64,000 nt of DNA from Anaeromyxobacteraceae bacterium (GCA_032654565.1 JAULAX010000015.1:1-64000); one strand, 5' to 3'. Numbered from the stretch's first letter, positions 27,712-38,326 are shown. Numbers and translations: made by a program. The notes: a model not told the origin generated them from the letters alone.

Positions 27712-28839
27712 GTGAACCGCGTGAAGAACTTCAACGCCGGCCCCGCCGCGCTCCCCCTCCCCGCCCTCGAGCGCGCCCGCGCGGAGTTCCTCGACTTCGC
27801 CGGCAGCGGCATGTCGGTGATGGAGCACAGCCACCGCGGCAAGGAGTACGAGGCCTGCCACGACGAGGCCATCGCGCTCATGAAGGAGCTGCTGGCCGTC
27901 CCCGACACCCACGAGGTGCTCTTCGTGCAGGGCGGGGCCTCGCAGCTCTTCGCCCAGATCCCCATGAACCTGGTGCAGAAGGGGGGCAGCGCCGACTACG
28001 TGGTCACCGGCGCCTGGAGCGAGAAGGCGGTCTCCGAGGCCAAGGCCGCCACCGCCATGCTGGGCGGCGCGGTGCGCGTCGCCTGCAGCACCGGCACCGG
28101 CGACGGCAAGGAGAAGAGCTACGTCCGCGCCCCCGCCCCCGGCGAGATCAAGGCCGCCGACGGCGCCGCCTACCTGCACCTCACCTCCAACGAGACCATC
28201 CACGGCGTCCAGTTCGACGTCGACGCCTCGCGCGCCTTCCCGGCCACCGGCGCCGTGCCGCTCATCGCCGACATGTCGAGCGACTTCCTCTGGAAGAAGC
28301 TCGACGTCTCCAGGTTCGGCCTGCTCTACGCCGGCGCCCAGAAGAACATCGGCCCCTCCGGCGTGGTGGTGATGGTGATCGCCAAGGCGCTCATCGAGCA
28401 GGGGCGCAAGGACATCCCCAAGATCTTCCAGTTCCGCACCCCGGCCGAGAACAAGTCGCTCTACAACACCCCGCCCACCTTCGGCATCTACATGATCCGC
28501 AACGTGCTGGCCTGGCTGAAGGGGCTGGGCGGCCTGCCGGCCATGGAGGCACGCAACCGCGCCAAGGCCGGCGTCCTCTACGGCGCCATCGACGCCCACC
28601 CGGCCTTCTACAAGTGCCCGGTGGAGAAGCAGAGCCGCTCGGTGATGAACATCGTCTTCCGGCTGCCCACCGAGGCCGACGAGGAGCGCTTCGTCAAGGA
28701 GGCCAAGGGCAAGGGGATGGTGGGCCTCAAGGGCCACCGCTCGGTGGGCGGCATCCGGGTCTCCGCCTACAACGCCGTGGAGCCGGCCTGGCTCGACGAG
28801 CTGGCCGCCTTCATGGGCGAGTTCGCGAAGAAGGGGTAG
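27712..28839 (+). CDS. serC: Phosphoserine aminotransferase
   Basis: [61 protein letters not shown]. Confidence 0.97.
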   Translation: MNRVKNFNAGPAALPLPALERARAEFLDFAGSGMSVMEHSHRGKEYEACHDEAIALMKELLAVPDTHEVLFVQGGASQLFAQIPMNLVQKGGSADYVVTGAWSEKAVSEAKAATAMLGGAVRVACSTGTGDGKEKSYVRAPAPGEIKAADGAAYLHLTSNETIHGVQFDVDASRAFPATGAVPLIADMSSDFLWKKLDVSRFGLLYAGAQKNIGPSGVVVMVIAKALIEQGRKDIPKIFQFRTPAENKSLYNTPPTFGIYMIRNVLAWLKGLGGLPAMEARNRAKAGVLYGAIDAHPAFYKCPVEKQSRSVMNIVFRLPTEADEERFVKEAKGKGMVGLKGHRSVGGIRVSAYNAVEPAWLDELAAFMGEFAKKG

Positions 28840-28841
28840 CG

Positions 28842-29594
28842 GTGGCGGAGGCGCCCGTGGAGACCACCCGCGCCTCCTTCACCGTCCACAGCTTCGACGC
28901 CGACGCCTTCGGCCTGCTCTCGCCGGCGGCGCTGGCCGGCTACCTGCAGGAGGCGGCCGGGCTGTCGGCCGACGCCCTCGGCTTCGGCATGAGCCGGCTC
29001 AACGAGCAGGGGCTGGCCTGGGTGCTGTCGCGGCAGCGGGTGGTGCTCGACGTCCCGGTTCGAATGGGCGACGTGCTGGTGGTCGAGACCTGGCCCTCCG
29101 GCCTCGATCGGATCCAGGCGCTGCGCGACTTCCGGCTCACTCGCGACGGCGTCGAGGTGGGGCGGGCGCTCACCTCCTGGCTGGTGATGGAGCTGGCCAC
29201 GCGGCGACCGCGGCGGCCCGACCGGATCCTCCTTCCGGAGCGCCACGCCCAGGTCGAGCACGTCATGCCCCTCTTCGCCACGCCGCTCCCGGGGCCGGGG
29301 GCGCCCGCGCTGGAGCGTCGCTTCCAGGTCCGCTTCTCCGACATCGACGCCGTCGGGCACGTCACCAACGCCAGCTACATCGGCTGGGCCATGGAGGCGG
29401 TCGAGGAGGCCGCCTGGCGGACGCTGCGGCTGGCGACCCTCGACGTGCAGTTCCTCGCCGAGACCACGCTCGGACAGGCCGTGCTGTCGCGCTCGGCGCC
29501 CGATGGCGACGGCGTGCTCCTCCACGCGGTGGCGCGCGAGGAGGACGGCAAGGAGCTGGCCCGGGCCCGGACCACCTGGGTGATGCGGGAGTGA
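28842..29594 (+). CDS. Acyl-ACP thioesterase
   Basis: YLQEAAG, WVLSR, VETWP, double hotdog fold with RFSDIDAVGHVTNASY. GTG lies 2 nt after the serC stop. Confidence 0.88.
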   Translation: MAEAPVETTRASFTVHSFDADAFGLLSPAALAGYLQEAAGLSADALGFGMSRLNEQGLAWVLSRQRVVLDVPVRMGDVLVVETWPSGLDRIQALRDFRLTRDGVEVGRALTSWLVMELATRRPRRPDRILLPERHAQVEHVMPLFATPLPGPGAPALERRFQVRFSDIDAVGHVTNASYIGWAMEAVEEAAWRTLRLATLDVQFLAETTLGQAVLSRSAPDGDGVLLHAVAREEDGKELARARTTWVMRE

Positions 29595-29668
29595 GTCGGT
29601 GGAGGAGGCGCGCCTCGCCGCCGTTCGGCGTGACCCGGTGACCGCGGTGCGCCGCGGCCGGGCCCCGG

Positions 29669-30079
29669 TCAGCGGATGGCGTACCAGCCCGAGGCGTAGG
29701 GCGGGCCGGTGGTGGGGAGCATCTCGATCGAGACCGGGGCCGGGGTCGAGATCGCCGCGCCGTTGGCGACGGTGAAGGTGAACGAGTCGGGACCCACGTA
29801 CCTGGAGGCGGGCGTGTAGCGGTACAGCCGGTCCGTGCCAGTCAGCGTGCCGTGGGACGGCGGCGACGCCACGGCGAAGGTGAGAAGGCCGGCGGAGGGA
29901 TCGGTGCCGGACAGACGGACGTCCACCGCGACGTCCGGCAGCGTCGCCAGGGACTGTGGAATGGCCACCGGCGGCGGGGGAACGTGATGCGTGGAGTCAC
30001 AGCCGCCCAGGCCCAGCCCCGCGACGGCACCGAGCACGAAGACGAGGTGGAGCGCGGACCTTCTGCTGATGGTGCCCAT
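29669..30079 (-). CDS. Lipoprotein with a cadherin-like Ig (Big_9-like) domain
   Basis: Lipobox-like LGLGGC; PPVA..QS...L.GTD....LTF.....P.HGTL.G....YTP...Y.G.DSFTF. Confidence 0.7.
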   Translation of the reverse strand: MGTISRRSALHLVFVLGAVAGLGLGGCDSTHHVPPPPVAIPQSLATLPDVAVDVRLSGTDPSAGLLTFAVASPPSHGTLTGTDRLYRYTPASRYVGPDSFTFTVANGAAISTPAPVSIEMLPTTGPPYASGWYAIR

Positions 30080-30359
30080 GTGACCTCCCGCCGGGAGCTC
30101 CCGGCACAGGACGCCGCCCCGCGTGCCCAGGCACGACCGGTACGGCGAGTTACATCATGGCTGGACCGTCCAGCCAACCTCATCAGAGGAACACCGGTGG
30201 TGCGCGGATGTTGAATCGGCCCGACATCGCCCCCACCCACGCCCGGTGCGGCAGCCAGGCCAGCGCCGTTCCCAGCGCAGTTCCCTTGCCGCCAGGGAAC
30301 GCGCGTGACAGCATCGCGCCCAGTCCGCACCCGGAGTTCAGCGTTGGCGGAGGCTCCAC

Positions 30360-31769
30360 ATGGAAGCCGATCCGAACATGGGCGACAACCTCCAGGCCCT
30401 CCTCGACCTGGCCGGGGTCCACGCCGCCATGGTCTTCGACGACGCCGGCCGGCTGCTCGCCCACCGCGGCCAGGCGGTCTACGACCGCTCGCTGTGCCAG
30501 CAGGTCGGCCTCCTGATGGCCAAGGCCGTCGACTCCCTGGCGCTGCGCCAGCCGGGGTGGGAGTCGGCCGCCGCGCAGTACGCCGACGGCTGCGTGCTGC
30601 TGCGCAACCTCGGCCCGGTGGCCGGCGGGAGCTTCGTCCTGGCGGTGGTCGCAGACGGGACGCTCAACCCGGCCTTCGCCACCGTGGCGCTGCGGGTGGC
30701 CTCCAGCAAGGCCCGGCGAGCCATCGAGCAGGGCCACGGGCTGGCGCCGTCCGCCTCCGGGTCGGCGGTCCTCGGCTCCTCGGTGGGCGCCCCGGTCCCG
30801 CGGGCCGCTCCCACCCCGGCGCTCGGCTCCCGCCCGGTGCTGGCCACCTCCGGCGTGAGCTGGTCCCAGGCCGGCGCCTCGGCCCTCACTGGCAAGGTGC
30901 CGGTCGCCGACGCGGCCTCCTCGGCCTTCCTGGCCCGCTGCGCCAAGGCGCTGGCGCGATCGGTCGGACCCATGGCCAAGGTCTTCGTCGAGGAGGCGGT
31001 GCGGCGCGTCAGCGCGGGAGCCCCCTTCTCCATGTCCCGGGCCAGGCCGCTGGCCGAGGAGCTGGCCGCCCAGGTCGAGGACGCAGAGGAGCGCGCCACC
31101 TTCCTGAAGGCGCTGCAGGCGACCGAGCCCGGCCGCGCGACGCCGACCGCGACGCTGACCACCTTCGCCGACCGGTCGGCGGTCCTCTTCAGGCCGAGGG
31201 TGCTCCGTGAGCTGATCCTGCCCGCCTACCAGGCCTTCGCCAACGACCGCGAGCGGATCCTCCTCAAGGAATTGCTGGAGCGGGCAGGCCCGCTGGCGGC
31301 CAAGGCCCGGGGCGGCCTCGGCCCCAACCTGCTCATCCAGGCGGAGCTCACCGACGCCCTGAAGAAGCTGGGGAGCGAGGCCACCCCCCTCGGCGACCTG
31401 GACCGGCTGGCCCGCGGTCCCCTGGTCACCGGGCTGATCGACCTGCTCTGCGTCCCTTGGGCAGGGAAGGTGGTCCCGGTCCAGCGGACCTGGGGCTGCC
31501 CGCTCAGCGAGTACCTCGAGCCGCGGTCGGCATGGATCGCCGACCACCTGCTGCGCGGCGTCCCGGCCGGCAGCGAGCTGAGGCTGCCGAGCGGGGCACC
31601 CATCCGGCTCTGCGACCCGGCGGAGGTGGAGCGGCTGCGGGAGGAGCTGGCGCTGGTGCCGCGTCCTCCCGGCGCTGACCAGACCCAACGTGAATACGAC
31701 ACGCTGCGGTCCCTGGCCGACGCGGTCGACGGGGAGCCCGACCTGGCGCTGGCGCTCTGGAGCCGCTGA
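30360..31769 (+). CDS. Multi-domain protein with an N-terminal Roadblock/LC7 (MglB-like) domain
   Basis: LQALLDLAGVHAAMVFDDAGRLL...LAVVADGTLN...LRVA (roadblock pattern), a low-complexity linker, a helical LARSVGPMAKVFVEEA domain and an unknown C-terminal domain. Confidence 0.6.
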   Translation: MEADPNMGDNLQALLDLAGVHAAMVFDDAGRLLAHRGQAVYDRSLCQQVGLLMAKAVDSLALRQPGWESAAAQYADGCVLLRNLGPVAGGSFVLAVVADGTLNPAFATVALRVASSKARRAIEQGHGLAPSASGSAVLGSSVGAPVPRAAPTPALGSRPVLATSGVSWSQAGASALTGKVPVADAASSAFLARCAKALARSVGPMAKVFVEEAVRRVSAGAPFSMSRARPLAEELAAQVEDAEERATFLKALQATEPGRATPTATLTTFADRSAVLFRPRVLRELILPAYQAFANDRERILLKELLERAGPLAAKARGGLGPNLLIQAELTDALKKLGSEATPLGDLDRLARGPLVTGLIDLLCVPWAGKVVPVQRTWGCPLSEYLEPRSAWIADHLLRGVPAGSELRLPSGAPIRLCDPAEVERLREELALVPRPPGADQTQREYDTLRSLADAVDGEPDLALALWSR

Positions 31770-31904
31770 CAGGCCTCCCTCGATCCGGCCGCTGCCGCCG
31801 CCGAGACCGGCTCTCAACCGAAGTCCGTCACATCGACGGGGCCAGCGCTACTCCCCCGCTGGGGGCTCCGGCAGGGGCCGGTCCGGCCTCCGCGAGGAGG
31901 AGCC

Positions 31905-33185
31905 ATGTTCCCGACCGTCGCCGCGGTGATCGCCGCGCTGTCCCTGGCGCAAGCAGCGCCCGCCGCTCCGCAGCCCCCCGCCACGCCGCCGGGCCCGCCC
32001 ACCGCCGTCGAGGCGACCGTGGCGCCGCCCCCCACCCCCGGGCCGCCGCAGACCGCGACCTGGCTGCCGTTGGTCGCGCCCGGCGCGCCGGCGCTGCGCT
32101 GGGGCGAGCCCGCCCGGTGCCTGGTCACGCCGGCCGGCCGCTTCCGCGCCCAGTGCGACGCCGCGGCGCGGCGCTGCCTCATCGCCCCCGACGCCACGCT
32201 CGGTCACGACGGGCAGGTCACCGGCCCGCTGGAGCGGGTCGGGCCGTGCGCCCTGCCGGTGCTGCTCCCGGCCGAGGTGGCCGGCTTCGAGCAGGTCCCG
32301 GCCCTCGCCGAGAGCCCGCCCGGCTTCCGCCGCGACGAGCGGCAGCGCGCCTCGCAGATCTCCTTCGACCTGGCCCGCCGGGTCTGGCTGGGCGGCGGAT
32401 GGGCCTCGGGCGGGCTGCCCTGGTCCAACCAGGGCGTGGTCTCGTCGGGCGCCCGCATCGACCACCCCTCCCTCGACGCCGGGGTCCCGACCATCGTCCG
32501 GGTCCGCTTCCTCGAGGGCTGGGCGGCGGTGGACGGCAGCGCCGCCGGCTTCAGCGCCGTCGAGGTCGACGCCACCCGCGCCTACCCGCACCCGCTGCTG
32601 CGGCTCACCACCTTCGTGGGCCGGCCCCGCCGCTTCGATCCGCCGCTCTACGCCGGCCTCTGGGCCGAGGCGCTCCGCTTCGAGACCCTGAAGACCCGGT
32701 CCGGCGCGCGCTACCAGCGGACCCGGACCGCCGCCGCGGCGCTCACCTTCGACGTCTGGCGCACCGACGATCTCGCCGACTTCATCCGGCTCAAGCTGGG
32801 CGGGGGGTACGAGAAGGCGACCGGCGGCAGCGGCGACTGGCCGCTGATCTTCGCCGTCGAGGGGGACGCCCGGCTGGATCGCGACGGGCTCCACCACCTG
32901 CGCGGCTCGCTCGGCACCGAGCTGGTCCTGCCCCGCGGGGCCGGGCCGGCGGCGCCGCTGCCGCAGCGCCGGCAGCGCCAGCACGTCCGGGCCGAGTACG
33001 AGTGGATCCTCTTCTCGATCAACGACCAGCCCGCCTCGCTGGTGGTGGCGGCCGGCGGGCAGCGGCGGAACGACGTGCCCGACTGGCCCACCGGCTGGGT
33101 CGGCGAGGTCACCGCCCAGCTCCGCTTCAGCCTCTGGGCGCCGCCGCTGCGCGCCGCCGCGACGCAGGAGTCGCTGGAGCGTTGA
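31905..33185 (+). CDS. Secreted hypothetical protein, probably an outer-membrane beta-barrel
   Basis: Signal peptide, Pro-rich linker, Cys motif and amphipathic beta-strands ending in QLRFSLW. GAGGAG RBS. Confidence 0.6.
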   Translation: MFPTVAAVIAALSLAQAAPAAPQPPATPPGPPTAVEATVAPPPTPGPPQTATWLPLVAPGAPALRWGEPARCLVTPAGRFRAQCDAAARRCLIAPDATLGHDGQVTGPLERVGPCALPVLLPAEVAGFEQVPALAESPPGFRRDERQRASQISFDLARRVWLGGGWASGGLPWSNQGVVSSGARIDHPSLDAGVPTIVRVRFLEGWAAVDGSAAGFSAVEVDATRAYPHPLLRLTTFVGRPRRFDPPLYAGLWAEALRFETLKTRSGARYQRTRTAAAALTFDVWRTDDLADFIRLKLGGGYEKATGGSGDWPLIFAVEGDARLDRDGLHHLRGSLGTELVLPRGAGPAAPLPQRRQRQHVRAEYEWILFSINDQPASLVVAAGGQRRNDVPDWPTGWVGEVTAQLRFSLWAPPLRAAATQESLER

Positions 33186-33187
33186 CC

Positions 33188-34051
33188 GTGGTCGCCCCCC
33201 TCCTGCTTGCCGTCCTGGCGGCGGCCGGGCCCCCGTGCCTCGTCACCGACGAGGCCGGCCGGACCTTCCCGGCCTGCTTCGACCCCGGCCACCGGCTGGA
33301 GGGCTCGGCGGGCTGGCGCGGCGGCGGGGGGCTGCCGGCGGGCGGCGGGCTGCAGCTGGCGGCCGCGCTCCGCTGGCGCTCCGACACCACCGGCCCGGGC
33401 GGCGTCACCGAGTGGCTCCGCGACCAGGCCTTCCTCGACGCCGCGACCACCGCCGTGGGCGGACGGGTGGTCGACGCCGAGGGGGTGGCCTGGCGCGGCG
33501 TCTTCCTGCGCCACCTTGCCGAGCCCTTCATCCTGGTGCCGGGGCCGCGGCCGACCCGCCTCCCCTTCCCCTTCGACGTCGGCGTGGCGGTGCAGGCCGG
33601 CGGCGTCCGCTGGGAGCGGGCCCGGGAGCGGCGGCTGGAGGTCGAGGTGCTCCGCTCCACGCTGCTGCTCGACCTGGTCCGGCTCGGCCTGCCGCTGCGG
33701 CGCGCCGCCTTCGGCCCGGAGCTGGCCTACGGGGTGGACGTGGAGCGCGAGCTGCGCCCGGTCCACCGGGTGGTCCCCTTCACCGGCGGGGCCCTCGACC
33801 TGCGCGCCGAGTCGGCCGACGGGCTCTGGAGCGCCTCGCTGGTGGCGCGGGCCGGCGCCGGGCTGCGCGCCCCGGGCGGCTGGCGCGGCTACGCCGAGGG
33901 GACGCTGATGGTCGAGCGGGTGGTGCTGGCGGTGAACGACCGGCCGCTGGCCCTCTTCCTGTCGCTGTCCGGCCGCGACGCCCCGGCCGGCGAGCGGCTG
34001 GCGGCCACCGCTGGGCTGCGGCTGGCGCTGGCCCGGGCCGTGGTCCGGTAA
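33188..34051 (+). CDS. Secreted hypothetical protein, paralogue of the upstream gene
   Basis: In-frame part of ORF 32117-34051 with GC3-rich codons. Signal peptide VVAPLLLAVLAAAG. Shares the ER(W)V(I)L..ND.P motif with the upstream gene. Confidence 0.6.
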   Translation: MVAPLLLAVLAAAGPPCLVTDEAGRTFPACFDPGHRLEGSAGWRGGGGLPAGGGLQLAAALRWRSDTTGPGGVTEWLRDQAFLDAATTAVGGRVVDAEGVAWRGVFLRHLAEPFILVPGPRPTRLPFPFDVGVAVQAGGVRWERARERRLEVEVLRSTLLLDLVRLGLPLRRAAFGPELAYGVDVERELRPVHRVVPFTGGALDLRAESADGLWSASLVARAGAGLRAPGGWRGYAEGTLMVERVVLAVNDRPLALFLSLSGRDAPAGERLAATAGLRLALARAVVR

Positions 34052-34117
34052 CCAGGCGCGGGCGCGGCCACCGGCTCGTGACCCCGCTCGGCCGGCCGGT
34101 CCGCCGCCGGCCCGTCG

Positions 34118-34462
34118 CTACCCGGGCGGCCAGCCCATCTGCCGCCCGCCCAGCACGTGCAGGTGGAGGTGCCAGACCACCTGGCCCCCCTCCTGGTTGG
34201 TGTTGAAGGAGGCGCGCCAGCCCCGCTCGGCGACGCCGCCCGCCCGGGCCACCTCGGCGGCGACGCGGAGCAGGTGGCCGGCCAGCGGCTCGTCGGCGGC
34301 GGCCAGCTCGTTCAGGTTGACGAGGTGGCGCCGCGGGATGACCAGGGCGTGGAACGGCGCCTGCGGGTTGATGTCGGCGAAGGCGACGCACTGCTCGTCG
34401 GAGTGGAGCAGCTTCACCGGCAGCGCGCCCGAGGCGATTGTGCAGAAGAGGCAGTCGGACAT
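34118..34462 (-). CDS. hinT: Histidine triad nucleotide-binding protein
   Basis: DCLFC, DINPQAPFH.LVIP, GQVVWHLHLHVLGGR..GWPPG. Confidence 0.95.
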   Translation of the reverse strand: MSDCLFCTIASGALPVKLLHSDEQCVAFADINPQAPFHALVIPRRHLVNLNELAAADEPLAGHLLRVAAEVARAGGVAERGWRASFNTNQEGGQVVWHLHLHVLGGRQMGWPPG

Positions 34463-34627
34463 GGCGGCGACGCTACCATCGTCCCGGGCCCGACGCCGCG
34501 TCAGGCTGGCGCTGGAGGCGGACCCGCCGACCTCGGGTCCGGTGCCGGGGAGGTCGGGCCGCCCCGGTCACACGCCAGCCGGGCCCGCCTCCACTATGAT
34601 GTCCCTCGCCCCGAACCAGGAGCGCAC

Positions 34628-36799
34628 ATGCACCGCACCGCCCTCGCCGCCGCCCTCGCGCTCACCCTCGCCCCGCCCGCCGCCGCCGCGCCGCCGGCCC
34701 CCACGCCGGCCTCGACCAACGCCATGACCACCGCCACGCCCGCCCCCGCCGCGCCCACGCCCGACGACCCCTACCGCTGGCTCGAGGAGGTGCAGGGCGA
34801 GCAGGCGCTGGCCTGGGCCCGGGCCCGCAACGCCGAGACCGCCGCCGTGCTCGACGCCTCGCCCGGCTTCGCGGCGCTGGAGCAGCGGCTGCTCTCCATC
34901 TTCGACTCGAAGGAGAAGATCCCCTACGTCGAGCAGCTGGGCGGCGCCTGGTACAACCTCTGGAAGGACGCCGCCAACCCGCGCGGCCTGTGGCGGCGGA
35001 CCACGCCGGCCGAGTACCGCACCGCGGCGCCGAAGTGGGAGACGGTGCTCGACCTCGACGCCCTGGGGGCGGCCGAGAAGGAGAACTGGGTCTTCCACGG
35101 CGCCACCTGCCTCAAGCCGGAGGAGCGCTTCTGCCTGCTGAGCCTCTCCCGCGGCGGCGCCGACGCCGCGGTGGTGCGCGAGTTCGACCTGAAGACCCGC
35201 CGCTTCGTGGAGGGTGGCTTCTCCCTGCCCGAGGCCAAGAGCCGGACCACCTGGATCGACAAGGACACGCTCTTCGTCGGCACCGACTTCGGCCCCGGCT
35301 CGCTCACCGACTCCGGCTACCCGCGGCTGGTGAAGCGCTGGAAGCGAGGCACGCCCATCGCCGCGGCCACGCTGGTCTACGAGGCCCGGCCGGCCGACAT
35401 GGGCGCGGCCGGCTGGCGCGACCCCACCAGGGGGTTCGAGCGCGACTTCGTGGAGCGCACCATCACCTTCTACTCCAACCAGCTCTTCCTGCTGCGCGGC
35501 GCGACGCTGGTGAAGGTGGAGAAGCCGGACAGCGCCGACGCCAGCGTCTTCCGGGAGTGGCTCTTCCTCCAGCTGCGCGACGACTGGACGGTGGGCGGGA
35601 CGACCTGGCCGGCCGGATCGCTGCTGGCCACCCGCCTGGAGCGGTTCCTGGCCGGGGACCGGACCTTCGACCAGCTCTTCACGCCGGGTGAGCGCCGGTC
35701 GCTGGTCTCCTTCTCGCCGACCCGCCACCACCTGCTGCTCAACGAGCTCGACGACGTCCGCGGCCGGGTCTCCCTGCTCACCCCCGGCGCCGCCGGCTGG
35801 AAGCGCCAGCCGCTCCCCGGGGCGCCGGAGCTGGTCACCGTGGGGGTCAGCCCCATCGACCCCGACCACTCCGACGACTACTTCATGACCGTCACCGGCT
35901 ACACCACCCCCACCTCGCTGCTGCACGGCACCGCCGGCGGCGCCGCGCCCCGGCCGCTCAAGCAGTTGCCCGCCTACTTCGACGCCGCCGGGCTCACCGT
36001 CTCGCAGCACCAGGCGGTCTCGGCCGACGGCACCCGGGTCCCCTACTTCCAGGTGGCCCGCGCCGGCCTGAAGCTCGACGGCCAGAACCCCACGCTCCTC
36101 TACGGGTACGGCGGCTTCGAGATCTCGCTGCTCCCCGGCTACGCCGCCTCGGTGGGCGCGGCCTGGCTGGAGCGCGGAGGCGTCTACGTGGTGGCCAACA
36201 TCCGCGGCGGCGGCGAGTTCGGCCCGCGCTGGCACCAGGCGGCCCTGAAGGCGGGGCGGCCGCGGGCGTACGAGGACTTCATCGCCGTGGCCGAGGACCT
36301 GGTGAAGCAGCGGGTGACCGGCCCGACGCGGCTCGGCATCCACGGGGGCAGCAACGGCGGCCTGCTGATGGGGAACATGCTGGTGCGGCGCCCCGACCTC
36401 TTCGGCGCCGTCGTCTGCCAGGTGCCGCTGCTCGACATGCGCCGCTACCACCTGCTGCTGGCGGGGGCCAGCTGGATGGGCGAGTACGGCAACCCCGACG
36501 ACCCGGCCGAGTGGGCCTTCATCGAGGGCTTCTCGCCCTACCACCAGGTGAAGCCGGGGGTGCGCTACCCGCCCACCCTCTTCATGACCTCGACCCGCGA
36601 CGACCGGGTCCACCCCGGCCACGCCCGCAAGATGATGGCCCGGCTCATGGAGTCGAAGCAGCCGGTGCTGGCCTACGAGAACATCGAGGGGGGGCACGGC
36701 GGGGCCGCCAACAACCAGCAGGCGGCCCACATGGCGGCGCTCACCTACACCTTCCTCTGGCAGCGGCTGGGCGGGGCCACCCCGGCGGCGAAGCCCTAG
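34628..36799 (+). CDS. Prolyl oligopeptidase (S9A), secreted
   Basis: Signal peptide; DPYRWLE, YGYGGF, NIRGGGEFG, GGSNGG (catalytic Ser), DDRVHP (Asp), GGHG (His). Confidence 0.95.
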   Translation: MHRTALAAALALTLAPPAAAAPPAPTPASTNAMTTATPAPAAPTPDDPYRWLEEVQGEQALAWARARNAETAAVLDASPGFAALEQRLLSIFDSKEKIPYVEQLGGAWYNLWKDAANPRGLWRRTTPAEYRTAAPKWETVLDLDALGAAEKENWVFHGATCLKPEERFCLLSLSRGGADAAVVREFDLKTRRFVEGGFSLPEAKSRTTWIDKDTLFVGTDFGPGSLTDSGYPRLVKRWKRGTPIAAATLVYEARPADMGAAGWRDPTRGFERDFVERTITFYSNQLFLLRGATLVKVEKPDSADASVFREWLFLQLRDDWTVGGTTWPAGSLLATRLERFLAGDRTFDQLFTPGERRSLVSFSPTRHHLLLNELDDVRGRVSLLTPGAAGWKRQPLPGAPELVTVGVSPIDPDHSDDYFMTVTGYTTPTSLLHGTAGGAAPRPLKQLPAYFDAAGLTVSQHQAVSADGTRVPYFQVARAGLKLDGQNPTLLYGYGGFEISLLPGYAASVGAAWLERGGVYVVANIRGGGEFGPRWHQAALKAGRPRAYEDFIAVAEDLVKQRVTGPTRLGIHGGSNGGLLMGNMLVRRPDLFGAVVCQVPLLDMRRYHLLLAGASWMGEYGNPDDPAEWAFIEGFSPYHQVKPGVRYPPTLFMTSTRDDRVHPGHARKMMARLMESKQPVLAYENIEGGHGGAANNQQAAHMAALTYTFLWQRLGGATPAAKP

Positions 36800-36808
36800 A
36801 GACCCGCG

Positions 36809-37258
36809 CTAGAAGAGCTTCCGGGTGTCGAGCAGGATGGTGACCGGTCCGTCGTTGACCAGCTCCACCGCCATGTCGGCGCGGAAGATCCCGGTGGCCA
36901 CCGGCAGCCCCTTCTGCCGCAGCAGCGCGCAGGTGCGCTGGTAGAGGGCGTCGGCCGCCTCGGGCGGCGCGGCGTCGGTGAAGCCGGGGCGGTTCCCCTT
37001 GCGGGCGTCGCCGAGCAGCGTGAACTGCGAGATCACCAGCAGGCCGCCCCCCACCTCGTGGAGCGCCAGGTTCATCTTGCCGGCGGCGTCCTCGAAGATG
37101 CGCAGCCCGGCCAGCTTGTCGGCCATGGCCGCGGCGTCGGCCTCGCCGTCCTCGCGGGCCACCCCCAGCAGGACCACCAGCCCCCGGCCCACCGCACCGA
37201 CCGGCGCCCCTTCGACCCGCACCTCGCCCCGGCTGACCCGCTGCACCACCGCTCGCAT
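36809..37258 (-). CDS. dtd: D-aminoacyl-tRNA deacylase
   Basis: [29 protein letters not shown]. Confidence 0.96.
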   Translation of the reverse strand: MRAVVQRVSRGEVRVEGAPVGAVGRGLVVLLGVAREDGEADAAAMADKLAGLRIFEDAAGKMNLALHEVGGGLLVISQFTLLGDARKGNRPGFTDAAPPEAADALYQRTCALLRQKGLPVATGIFRADMAVELVNDGPVTILLDTRKLF

Positions 37259-37283
37259 GGGGGACCATGATACTCCTTGGCGG

Positions 37284-38309
37284 ATGCTCCTCCTGCGAGA
37301 CGCCCAGCGGAGCGACCTGACCGGGCTGGCGGCCCTGGCCGCCGAGCTCGACTCGGTCAACCTGCCCAACGACCGGCGCGCCCTCGGCCAGATCGTCGAC
37401 CGCTCGGTGCGCAGCTTCACCGGCCGAATCACCAACCCGCTGGGCCGGTCCTACGTCTTCGTGGCCGAGCGGCCGCGCGGCGGCCGGCTGGTGGGCACCT
37501 CGATGGTCATCGCCAAGCACGGCACCCGCGAGTCGCCCTGCACCTTCTTCACCGTCGGCGAGAAGGAGCACTACTCCTCGTCGCTCGATCGCCACTTCCG
37601 CCACGCCATCCTCTCGCTCGGCTACCACTTCGACGGCCCCACCGAGATCGGCGGGCTGGTGGTGGGGCCCGGGGCGCGCCGCGGCGCCGAGCGGGCCGGC
37701 ACGCAGCTCTCCTTCGTCCGCTTCCTCTACATGGCCATGCACCGGCGCCACTTCCGCGCCACCGTGCTGGCCGAGCTGATGGGGCCGCTCACCCCCGACG
37801 GCAAGAGCGCCTTCTGGGAGGCCTTCGGCCGCGCCTTCACCGGCCTCGACTACCAGGCCGCCGACAAGCTCTCCCGCCAGAACAAGGAGTTCATCCAGCA
37901 GCTCTTCCCCCCCTTCGACGTCTACGCCAGCCTGCTCTCCCCGCCGGCCCGCCGGGCCCTCGGCGCGGTGGGAGAGAAGGCCCGGCCGGTGCAGGCCATG
38001 CTGGAGCGGCTCGGCTTCAGCTACGTCCACCGCGTCGATCCCTTCGACGGCGGGCCGCACTACGAGGCGCCGCTGGCCGGCATCTCGCTCGTCAAGGCCC
38101 ACCGGAGCGCGGCGCTGGAGGCGGCCCCGCTGCGCGCCGACGCGCCGGAGCGGCTGGTGGCGCGCACCCTGGCCCGCGGGCCGAACCGCTTCCGGGCGGT
38201 GCGGACGCCGGCCCGGCTCGGCGGCGGCCGCCTGGCGCTGCCGGCCGCGGCGACCCGCCTGCTCGGGGCCACGCCCGGCGAGACCCTGCACCTCATCCCC
38301 TTCGACTGA
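37284..38309 (+). CDS. astA: Arginine N-succinyltransferase
   Basis: [48 protein letters not shown]. Confidence 0.88.
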   Translation: MLLLRDAQRSDLTGLAALAAELDSVNLPNDRRALGQIVDRSVRSFTGRITNPLGRSYVFVAERPRGGRLVGTSMVIAKHGTRESPCTFFTVGEKEHYSSSLDRHFRHAILSLGYHFDGPTEIGGLVVGPGARRGAERAGTQLSFVRFLYMAMHRRHFRATVLAELMGPLTPDGKSAFWEAFGRAFTGLDYQAADKLSRQNKEFIQQLFPPFDVYASLLSPPARRALGAVGEKARPVQAMLERLGFSYVHRVDPFDGGPHYEAPLAGISLVKAHRSAALEAAPLRADAPERLVARTLARGPNRFRAVRTPARLGGGRLALPAAATRLLGATPGETLHLIPFD

Positions 38310-38326
38310 GCCCGAAAGGCGCCGCC

